The notes beneath the pieces were generated by a model, which was given only the letters and a program-made list of their open reading frames with translations, was not told the origin of the DNA and made no database searches. The translations under genes and the position numbers were made by a program. Of a stretch of DNA of 64,000 nt, positions 39,930 to 47,053 are shown piece after piece. The first letter of the stretch is position 1. Every line of letters begins with the position of its first letter. Source of the DNA: a virus; IMG/VR virus record IMGVR_UViG_3300046170_000450, positions 1-64,000 of that record. One strand, given 5' to 3'.

Positions 39930-40006
39930 GTAAGTGCTTGATTACCAAGGACTTGCGCGGCGCGGGGGGCCGCAGGCTCGCAAGTCGCTGATATTCAACG
40001 ACTTAC
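39930..40006. repeat. 77-bp element, copy 10
   Basis: GTAAGTGCTTGA-TTA-CCAAGGACTTGC N23 GCAAGTCGCTGA-TAT-TCAACGACTTAC. Confidence 0.95.
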
Positions 40007-40014
40007 GAAGTTGG

Positions 40015-40197
40015 CTAAGGGTTCTGGTCGACGACTTCGTCGCCGCACCAGATCATCCAATCTTGACAAGGGCGGGCGAACTCGTAAGCCGCATCAAGAC
40101 CTCGGCGAGACTTCGGAAAGTCGCGAACTTGTTCAAGCATTTCGCCTGAGTTAGAAAAATCTGCGGTAGTGACTGTGTATTTTTTATTGTTTATCAT
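40015..40197 (-). CDS. Small hypothetical protein
   Basis: Own promoter. Stop lies 9 nt from repeat copy 10. Confidence 0.75.
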   Translation of the reverse strand: MINNKKYTVTTADFSNSGEMLEQVRDFPKSRRGLDAAYEFARPCQDWMIWCGDEVVDQNP

Positions 40198-40570
40198 GTA
40201 TACTACAATAGGGATTCAAGCGGTGATGTCAAGCTTATCGTAAACTTTTTTTAATTTTTTTTAACGATTCTTTAGGCGAACCATCACATCTTTATTTTCT
40301 TCAAGGGTCTGAGCGAAAAGAGCGTCGCAAAACACTCGCCATTCTTCTTCAGTGATGATGCCATCGTTGAGAGCGAACCACATCTTTTGATATTCTGCGC
40401 GTGTAATTTTATCTTTCATAATTATTTGCATTCGGATTTTTCGAGACGGACTAAGCCGCGAACTTCTAAGCAAGAAGCGATGAAGTCAGCCCAGTCATAA
40501 TCCATTTCATCGAGGGCTGCCCAGTATTGGCGAGAGAAGTGCAGTTGTTCATTCATGTTTTATAGTATGG

Positions 40571-40750
40571 TTATTTTTGTGCGATTGTCAACTGTTTTTG
40601 AAAATTATTTTCAAGTTTTTTAGCCACGCCCTCGCCGTAGACTTTGCCCCAGCGACCAGCTTTGATCTCTGGGTAGAGTTTGCGTTGCGTGTTGTAGCTC
40701 ACTTGCGTGAGGTGGTCAATGACGTTGTCGATTTCTTTATTGCTTATCAT
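40571..40750 (-). CDS. 59-aa protein, copy B (not in ORF track)
   Basis: MISNKEIDNVIDHLTQVSYNTQRKLYPEIKAGRWGKVYG... Confidence 0.8.
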   Translation of the reverse strand: MISNKEIDNVIDHLTQVSYNTQRKLYPEIKAGRWGKVYGEGVAKKLENNFQKQLTIAQK

Positions 40751-40813
40751 GTCTTACAGTATGGCTAAAAGTTGGGGCTTGTCAAGCTTATCGCAAAGTT
40801 TTTTTAATTTTTT

Positions 40814-41044
40814 TTAGTAGCGACCTATGCGAGCTAGAGATTTTTCTTCGCGAAGAAAGCTCTCTTCTTTTTCTTCTTCGCTCTCGATCAACTCGTCTTG
40901 TTCCAAGTCGCCGTATTTGACGAAGAACTCGCGACCGTCATCATCGGAAACAAGCACTTGTGGATAAAAGCCGTATGCGTCAATGACGAAGACAGTTGAG
41001 TTGTCAGTTGTGAGGAGAGCGGATTTGTTTTCTATTATGTTCAT
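40814..41044 (-). CDS. Small acidic protein, first gene of the cassette region
   Basis: Own TTGACA promoter, leaderless. Confidence 0.75.
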   Translation of the reverse strand: MNIIENKSALLTTDNSTVFVIDAYGFYPQVLVSDDDGREFFVKYGDLEQDELIESEEEKEESFLREEKSLARIGRY

Positions 41045-41248
41045 GCTTTATAGAATGTAAAATTTCGCACACGATGTCAAGCCCTCAGATAAAAAAAACA
41101 ATTTTTTTTTTGCGATTACCCTACCCTATTGTTAAACAAATGCGTCCAGAGAAACACAGAACAAGCGGGGGGGAGGGTTTTCTAAAAGTCTCAACACATT
41201 TTCACCATAGCAAATTACTTAAGTGCGAAAAAAACCCAGACCCTATTT

Positions 41249-42376
41249 CTAAAAAGGCATTTTATTTGATTTATAAACGTTATCTCTAAACCAAAGAGGT
41301 TGCAAGTTAGTATAGTAGTTAGTGCCACCCTTCGAAACAGGAATAATGTGGTCTATTGTCCAATACTGCCATTTATCATCACACGTAGATTTTCCATAGT
41401 TATCCCAAGTCATACCTTCTTGAAATTGAGATTCAAGATGGCGTTTGAGTTCTTTATTTGTTAAACCTATTTCTTTTTTATAATTATCTTCTGGAGTCTT
41501 TATGAAACTTCTAAGTCTCTTTCTAACGTTTTGGTGTATTTTGTATTCTGGTTTTTGGTTTAGTTGTCGTCTTTTTTCTTTGCCTTGTGGCGAATCCCTC
41601 CATTTCTTTGATGATTTTAGTCTACGCTTTCTATCAGCGGGGGCTTCATTTTTAAGCTTATTTTTGTTATAAGTGCTTGTACATTCTTGGCATCTATAAG
41701 AATAGTAAGTAATGCCACTCTTAGTGTATGTTTCAAATTCCGAAAGGGGGAAAATACCACCACAGGTTTTACATATTCCTTTTTGATTTTTTTCATCAGT
41801 ATATATTAATACATGATTTTTTCCATCTGGTATGGCCCAACCCTCTTTTTCTAATTCTTTTAGTTTTGATTCTGGGATTTTTATTTTTGAAGAACTATGT
41901 CGAGTATACTTACCTTTAGATAGTTTTTCGGCTAAAAAGTTTAACTCTTTTTTGGCGGTAAAGCAAAAATAACCATTACCTTCATAACTTAAAGGGACTT
42001 TTATTTTTTTTAATCCCAACTTAGTGAAAAACAATAATTGCCAAACTTTTTTATCTTCGATACCCTCTTGCCCAAAAAGTCCCAAGCCTCTTAAGTATGA
42101 AGCTAATTCTTTAGTGTTGTAAAAATCATTTCTATCTGCGTTTAAAACAGTTTTAAAATAATTTTTTTGAAAGATTGATGAGTATTTTTCTTTATTCAGA
42201 ATCTCATAATCTAAAAATTGTCCCACCTTATTTCTCTTGATGAGTATATCATCAACATCTAAGATATCAGCGCAAATTTCTTCGACGACAATTTTCTCAA
42301 TTAATTTGGAACCTATTTTGATTTCAACAGAGTGAAAATCATCGCATTCAACTAAACTACATTTACAATAACCCAT
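41249..42376 (-). CDS. HNH endonuclease (homing-type) with Zn-ribbon
   Basis: CKTC...CQEC, LESQFQEGMTWDNYG, WTIDHIIPVSKGGTNYYTNLQPLW..DN..KSNK. Confidence 0.85.
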   Translation of the reverse strand: MGYCKCSLVECDDFHSVEIKIGSKLIEKIVVEEICADILDVDDILIKRNKVGQFLDYEILNKEKYSSIFQKNYFKTVLNADRNDFYNTKELASYLRGLGLFGQEGIEDKKVWQLLFFTKLGLKKIKVPLSYEGNGYFCFTAKKELNFLAEKLSKGKYTRHSSSKIKIPESKLKELEKEGWAIPDGKNHVLIYTDEKNQKGICKTCGGIFPLSEFETYTKSGITYYSYRCQECTSTYNKNKLKNEAPADRKRRLKSSKKWRDSPQGKEKRRQLNQKPEYKIHQNVRKRLRSFIKTPEDNYKKEIGLTNKELKRHLESQFQEGMTWDNYGKSTCDDKWQYWTIDHIIPVSKGGTNYYTNLQPLWFRDNVYKSNKMPF

Positions 42377-42412
42377 AATATATTTTTATTCATTTCAGTT
42401 TATTTTTAAAAT

Positions 42413-42487
42413 TGGTACTCCGACCAGGATTCGAACCTGGAACGCAAGATTAGAAGTCATGTGTTATATCCCTTTAACTATCGGAGC
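42413..42487 (-). tRNA. tRNA-Arg (TCT)
   Basis: GCTCCGA/TCGGAGT, loop CT-TCT-AA, CCA. Confidence 0.92.
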
Positions 42488-43002
42488 GTTTGTTTTTTGT
42501 GCCAGTTCAAAAAAGTGTCAATATCCGCTAATTGATTATATTCGATTTCATATCTACTTTGATCATAAGTGAAATTATTGGTTTTGGTCCCAGCTTTCTT
42601 TAAGTCAGCTATTTTGAAAAACTTTTTTTTGGATATAATGCCGCATATCCAAACAACGCTAAAATCATTCTTGACTCTACTGAAAATATAGTAATCGGTG
42701 TCTCTATTTTTTTGCTCTTCATATAGGGTGGCACTATAATTAGACATTGGTTTGCTATTGCATCCTTGAGCTTTGGAATCTATTGTGTCTGAGTTTTTTA
42801 AAACAAAATCAACAGAATAACCTTCGGCATAAACTATATCTGCATAAGTATTGCTAATTGCTGCTTCAGCTAGATAACCAGTTATTCTTTGTCTTTGTTT
42901 GTTTGATCTGTGAGTGCCTGTATGTCCGAACATTTCATAGAATTTTTTATTTCTTTGATTTGCTTCATCAAGCATGAATTTTGTGACTTCAACTTCTACC
43001 AT
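42478..43002 (-). CDS. PD-(D/E)XK-like nuclease within the tRNA cluster
   Basis: GYLAE, VDF, TIDSK, DYYIFSRV, VWICG. Own promoter. Stop codon lies inside tRNA-Arg. Confidence 0.6.
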   Translation of the reverse strand: MVEVEVTKFMLDEANQRNKKFYEMFGHTGTHRSNKQRQRITGYLAEAAISNTYADIVYAEGYSVDFVLKNSDTIDSKAQGCNSKPMSNYSATLYEEQKNRDTDYYIFSRVKNDFSVVWICGIISKKKFFKIADLKKAGTKTNNFTYDQSRYEIEYNQLADIDTFLNWHKKQTLR

Positions 43003-43046
43003 GAGTGTGTATACTATTAGCCCCAAAATAAAAGTCAAGCTAAAAA

Positions 43047-43121
43047 TGGTGGGCCCTGAGAATTACGATATCTCGACCTAACGATTATGAGTCGTTTGCT
43101 CTTCCTCTGAGCTAAAGGCCC
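43047..43121 (-). tRNA. tRNA (CAT), Ile2-like, atypical T arm
   Basis: GGGCCTTTAGCTCA...CGACTCATAATCG resembles Ile2 tRNAs. T loop ATCGTAA. Confidence 0.8.
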
Positions 43122-43124
43122 TAA

Positions 43125-43640
43125 AAGTGTGAGGGAGTCGACCGCTACGCAATCCTTATCCTCATTATCAACCCCCGCCGTCGCAGAGGAATTACAAACT
43201 CAATCTAAAACACCAATATAAGATTTGATCAGATTCTTATACTTTTTCGCCAAAGTGTGCATCAATGATATAGGAGTCTTTCGACTCTCACGGCACATAT
43301 GTCCGAATTTCGTCATTAAGAGGCATGGCAGGTCTACTTTAATAATAGTTAACCCAATAGATGACGTAGAGAAGTTACCTTGTATGACAAATGATCGATC
43401 TAACAGCATGCCGCTCAATCAACGCTTATTCCACAAGCCTCATATCTTAGCACGTTTTACACTACATTTTCGATTGCCCCCGATTGGAACGGTGGATCAT
43501 TACCCAATACTTCTTCAAAAGCATTGGAACTATTAAAAAAAACGCCCCAATGGTGATCAACCCATTGCTCCCTGTTGTATTCCGCAGAATTGTTTCAGGT
43601 GAGTAACCATCACTGCTCGTATGCAGGATAGGATATAGGA
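43125..43640 (-). ncRNA. Candidate structured non-coding RNA(s)
   Basis: ~520 nt between tRNAs with no convincing ORF. Several hairpins, including GAGTC-GAAA-GACTC. Confidence 0.4.
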
Positions 43641-43645
43641 CAAGA

Positions 43646-43722
43646 TGGCAGGTTCGGCAGGATTTGAACCTGCGAATGACTGGATCAAAACCAGTTGTGT
43701 TAGGCCGCTTCACCACGAACCA
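43646..43722 (-). tRNA. tRNA-Gln (TTG)
   Basis: ACTGG-TT-TTG-AT-CCAGT, CCA. Confidence 0.92.
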
Positions 43723-43728
43723 ATAAAA

Positions 43729-43803
43729 TGGTACACCCTCTGGGACTTGAACCCAGAACCAATTGATTAAAAGTCAACTGCTCTACCATTGAGCTAAAGG
43801 TGT
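43729..43803 (-). tRNA. tRNA-Lys (TTT)
   Basis: GTTGA-CT-TTT-AA-TCAAT, CCA. Confidence 0.95.
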
Positions 43804-43810
43804 TTAAAGG

Positions 43811-43893
43811 TGGTGCATCTGGAGCGAATCGAACGCTCATCTTCTGGGCCAGCGAATGGAAGCCAGACATAATAGCCGTTATACGACAAATGC
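43811..43893 (-). tRNA. tRNA-Gly (TCC) with 8-nt insertion after position 37
   Basis: TCTGG-CT-TCC-A-[TTCGCTGG]-C-CCAGA. Rest of the cloverleaf is intact, with CCA. Confidence 0.85.
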
Positions 43894-43901
43894 AAAAAAA
43901 G

Positions 43902-43979
43902 CTGTTCAGGCTGGATTCGAACCAGCATTGCCGAAGCACGGATTAACAGTCCGCTGTATTACCTATCTACCACTGAACA
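43902..43979 (-). tRNA. tRNA-Asn (GTT) with long variable arm, no encoded CCA
   Basis: GCGGA-CT-GTT-AA-TCCGT, variable region GCTTCGGCAAT, U1-A72, G73. Confidence 0.85.
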
Positions 43980-43987
43980 ATAAAAAA

Positions 43988-44073
43988 TGGTACAAGCGAC
44001 AGGATTCGAACCTGTAAAACCAATGGTGCCAGATTTACAGTCTGGTGCAGCTAACCGTATCTGCCTCACTTGC
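43988..44073 (-). tRNA. tRNA-Tyr (GTA)
   Basis: CCAGA-CT-GTA-AA-TCTGG, long variable arm, CCA. Confidence 0.95.
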
Positions 44074-44080
44074 TTAAAAA

Positions 44081-44168
44081 TGGCAGAGAGAGTGGGATTT
44101 GAACCCACGGATGCTTTCACATCAACAGTTTTCAAGACTGCCGCCTTAAGCCGCTCAGCCATCTCTCT
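44081..44168 (-). tRNA. tRNA-Ser (TGA)
   Basis: GCAGT-CT-TGA-AA-ACTGT, long variable arm, CCA. Confidence 0.95.
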
Positions 44169-44173
44169 AAAAA

Positions 44174-44249
44174 TGGAGGTCACACTCGGATTTGAACCGA
44201 GAAAGGCTGATTACAAATCAGCTGTTTTGCCAATTAAAACTATGCGACC
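44174..44249 (-). tRNA. tRNA-Thr (TGT)
   Basis: GCTGA-TT-TGT-AA-TCAGC, CCA. Confidence 0.93.
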
Positions 44250-44253
44250 TAAG

Positions 44254-44327
44254 TACCCCTACACGGATTCGAACCGTGGTTGACGCGATGAAAACGCGGT
44301 GTCCTAACCAGACTAGACGATAGGGGC
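44254..44327 (-). tRNA. tRNA-Glu (TTC), no encoded CCA
   Basis: GCCCCTA/TAGGGGT, loop TT-TTC-AT. Confidence 0.92.
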
Positions 44328-44332
44328 TTAAA

Positions 44333-44404
44333 TGGTTGCAGGGGCAGGAATTGAACCTGCTCACGAAGCTTATGAGACTCCGTTGGCTACCTAACCTCCC
44401 TACA
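44333..44404 (-). tRNA. tRNA-Met (CAT), shortened D arm
   Basis: TGTAGGG/CCCTGCA, GGAGT-CT-CAT-AA-GCTTC, CCA. 72 nt. Confidence 0.8.
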
Positions 44405-44485
44405 TAAAAATTTCAAAAAAATAAACTATCAAAGATCAATAACAAACACTATGTATATAAAAAATAAAATGTCAACCCCAAAAAC

Positions 44486-44516
44486 AAAAAACCCCAACTT
44501 TTTTACAAGTCGGGGC
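44486..44516 (-). terminator. Terminator upstream of the tRNA-cluster promoter
   Basis: CCCCGACTT-loop-AAGTTGGGG followed by a T tract. Confidence 0.75.
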
Positions 44517-44661
44517 TAAGTTGATTCGGAGAGTTATAAAAAACTACACAACGAAAGCCCCAATACTTGATTGTGGTCCATTATTCGTTTCTGTTGTCTT
44601 TATAAGCATCTGCGTGTTATATTACACTTAAAAGCAAAAAATTAAATTAAAATTGGTTTTA

Positions 44662-45909
44662 TTAATAAACTGTGTAAGACGAAAGGTCGCCTTCTGTTAC
44701 AGTGTAGCCCGTGGAAATTCCAGCGAGTGCGTCTACCTCCGCAATTGTTGAGTTAAGGGCGGAAGTTAAGTCTCCGTAGAAGGGTCCAGCTTTTGGCGTC
44801 GTGAATGTTGATACTAGTAGCAACTTGGTGTCATTCACGGCAAAAAGAGGAGACCCAGAATCTCCAGCAATTATGGTTTTGTTGAAAGCTAGTCTGTCTG
44901 TTTTTACTGGAACTGAAAAAAGAGCTCGATTATATGATCCAGACGAGTCATAAACATAATTAAAATCAAGTAGCACCACTTTGTTTTCTTGGTTTAGGGC
45001 AATGATTGGTAAGGAGTTTGCTGCAGCGGAATTATTTCCTGAGGGTAAATAGGTTGCGTAATTGCTGGGAAAGATTTCACAGGGGGTGATGTCGTTGGGG
45101 AGATCTTCGTTTAACAGAGCAATGTATACATCGGTTGGGTTTGCACCGTTGTCAACGCGCTTTCCTTGGATAACAGTTCTATTGAAAACAGTTCCGTCAG
45201 TTCCAACAAATCTTACGGTTGTCCCATTTCCGTACCTATAATGATTAGCCAAGACGACGTGTCTTGGAGTGACAAGGGTTCCAGCCTTCTTCGTTCCGCC
45301 AGATGAGTTCCAAGGCGACTCGCAGGTTAAGGCGTCAAGGTGAGACGCATTTAAGATTAACGAACTGTTTCTGGTGTAGTTTTGTGAGGCATGGTTCTCA
45401 GTTGAAAATAGACTCTGCTGAAGGCTTGTTGATGCGCCCGATAGAGAGGTGTCTATGGTAGTTGTCAAAGCTTCTCTAGCTGTGCCTGAAACGCCGCCCT
45501 CAATAACTTCAGTGGTAATGCCACCCGATACATCTAAGTTAACTATCAACGCCCTAGTTACAGTGTCTGTTCCCTTAGCTGCTACAATAGTTATCGTTGT
45601 TGAGGCTGACTCTTCAACCAAAGAGGATATGACTCCAAATGAATCAACTTCAATTTCAGCAGCGTTACTGCTTGAGTATGAAAAAGAAACATCTGCGGCG
45701 CCAAGGGAAGTGCTGTAATTGAGTAGGGGATACAAGTATGCAATCTCTACCGAGGATGAAGACGTGGAGCTGGTGATAGTTTTGTCATCTTCTGTAATTG
45801 AAGACTGGGACTGAGAGCCTAAAGCGGAGGCCTCTTTAACCACGTTAATGTCAAACCAGAACTTTAATGGCTTTCCTTCGTTTTCTATAGCCGTGCCTAA
45901 GTTTGTCAT
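44662..45909 (-). CDS. Trypsin-like serine protease with N-terminal Ig-like domain
   Basis: GTLVTPRHVVLANH, DVYIALL, GDSGSP catalytic triad motifs. Confidence 0.85.
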   Translation of the reverse strand: MTNLGTAIENEGKPLKFWFDINVVKEASALGSQSQSSITEDDKTITSSTSSSSVEIAYLYPLLNYSTSLGAADVSFSYSSSNAAEIEVDSFGVISSLVEESASTTITIVAAKGTDTVTRALIVNLDVSGGITTEVIEGGVSGTAREALTTTIDTSLSGASTSLQQSLFSTENHASQNYTRNSSLILNASHLDALTCESPWNSSGGTKKAGTLVTPRHVVLANHYRYGNGTTVRFVGTDGTVFNRTVIQGKRVDNGANPTDVYIALLNEDLPNDITPCEIFPSNYATYLPSGNNSAAANSLPIIALNQENKVVLLDFNYVYDSSGSYNRALFSVPVKTDRLAFNKTIIAGDSGSPLFAVNDTKLLLVSTFTTPKAGPFYGDLTSALNSTIAEVDALAGISTGYTVTEGDLSSYTVY

Positions 45910-46988
45910 CCTTGATTATTTTCAGTTAGAGCCCCGTCTAAACATAATCTAGTTTTTCCTGCGCCTGAAACCGTTTCAAAGGTTGTTGAGGTTCTACAAG
46001 AGATCAGAGTTCCTGTTAGAGTGCCGCTTTTTCCGAAAGAGTCGTCACCGCCTACGCAGTTTGTATACGTGCCACTAGCAGGAGAGTAACCACCAAACGA
46101 CCAATCGCCCCCTATGCATCGAGTAAATGTTCCGCTGGATAAGCCCTGTGCTGTATACCAACCGCCAAAGGAGGATGCCCCGCCCTCGCAATTAATAAAA
46201 GTTCCGCTGGCTGTTCCAGACCCACCAAACGAATTTTCAAAGGGAGCCTCGCAGTTTATAAAAGTTCCGCTGGCTGTTCCAGACCCACCAAAGGAATTAG
46301 TAGTTGCGCGGCAATCAATGAAAGTTCCGCTGGCTATTCCACCATTACCGCCAAAAGAATTTGCTCCACCAAAGCACGAACGGAATACCTGTAAAGGCTT
46401 GTCACCCACAATAGTATTGGATGCCATTTGTAAACCATAGACAAGAATATTATTTGCCGAGAAGGATATGCCAGCTCCATCAATGTAAGTATTTAGCTTA
46501 GAAGCATCCCCAGAAAAATTAGTAGACATTAAATCAACAAATTCGGTATCAATGTCAAGTGTGGACGCTAACGTGTATCTTCCTGAGCCAATTATCAACG
46601 TTGCTCTATTGTTGTTCGCTAAAGCGCTTCCGTTGGGAGTTAGGGCACACGCTTTATTATAGGCTGCAGCCAAAGCTAATCCATTTTCAGCCGCCGTTCC
46701 AGTAGCTTTAACATACACGGCAGAATTGCTATCGAGGTCTGACCCCAGCGCTTCGTAAGCGGACGCGCTAGTAAAGCGAACTTGTAATTTTCGATCCGTA
46801 TCTACCATGACCTGTCCGACGACGGCGCTAGTAACGGCATCAATCTCCGCTGTCGTTCCCGCTGGTGGAACGATGGCGCCAAACTCTACGGTGTCTGCGC
46901 TTCCAAGTCCAATTGAAGATCTTAGCTGTGTTTTCTGTTCGTCGGTAGGCGGTGTTCCTACTGGGCTGTTCCCTAAATCAATGCTCAT
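45906..46988 (-). CDS. Fibre/spike-like protein with SFGG..ASGTFxxC repeats (beta-helix)
   Basis: N-terminus shared with 48389..49387. C-terminal ~20-aa repeats. Confidence 0.65.
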   Translation of the reverse strand: MSIDLGNSPVGTPPTDEQKTQLRSSIGLGSADTVEFGAIVPPAGTTAEIDAVTSAVVGQVMVDTDRKLQVRFTSASAYEALGSDLDSNSAVYVKATGTAAENGLALAAAYNKACALTPNGSALANNNRATLIIGSGRYTLASTLDIDTEFVDLMSTNFSGDASKLNTYIDGAGISFSANNILVYGLQMASNTIVGDKPLQVFRSCFGGANSFGGNGGIASGTFIDCRATTNSFGGSGTASGTFINCEAPFENSFGGSGTASGTFINCEGGASSFGGWYTAQGLSSGTFTRCIGGDWSFGGYSPASGTYTNCVGGDDSFGKSGTLTGTLISCRTSTTFETVSGAGKTRLCLDGALTENNQG

Positions 46989-47053
46989 AATTTTGTTCCT
47001 TGTCTGTTGAAGATTTACAATAAAAGTTACACTTAATAATTAAAATTTGTTTA

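Larger units (their letters stand above)
30842..41080 (-). promoter_or_regulatory. About 17 sigma70-like promoters (TTGACA/T, ~16-17 nt, CATACT/TANNNT), mostly leaderless
   Basis: Seen upstream of starts at 30841, 32231, 33268, 34370, 34699, 35383, 35913, 36310, 36869, 37163, 38565, 38769, 39622, 39829, 40197, 40556, 40750, 41044. Confidence 0.8.

Noticed and set aside
30542-40006. CRISPR array interpretation of the palindromic repeats
   Set aside because: Copies are degenerate, occur only as pairs and are separated by whole genes. The 23-nt spacers resemble each other. No cas genes are present.
30542-40006. Canonical integron attC sites or Xer/dif sites
   Set aside because: No RYYYAAC/GTTRRRY cores, no evident extrahelical bases, no intI in the window, and the arms do not match XerC/XerD boxes. 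Only the architecture is analogous.
30542-40006. The elements as simple intrinsic terminators
   Set aside because: No U tract directly follows the GC spacer, several spacers pair poorly, and a separate ordinary terminator sits beside copy 3.
43462-44283. ORFs overlapping the tRNA cluster
   Set aside because: Spurious translations of tRNA genes.
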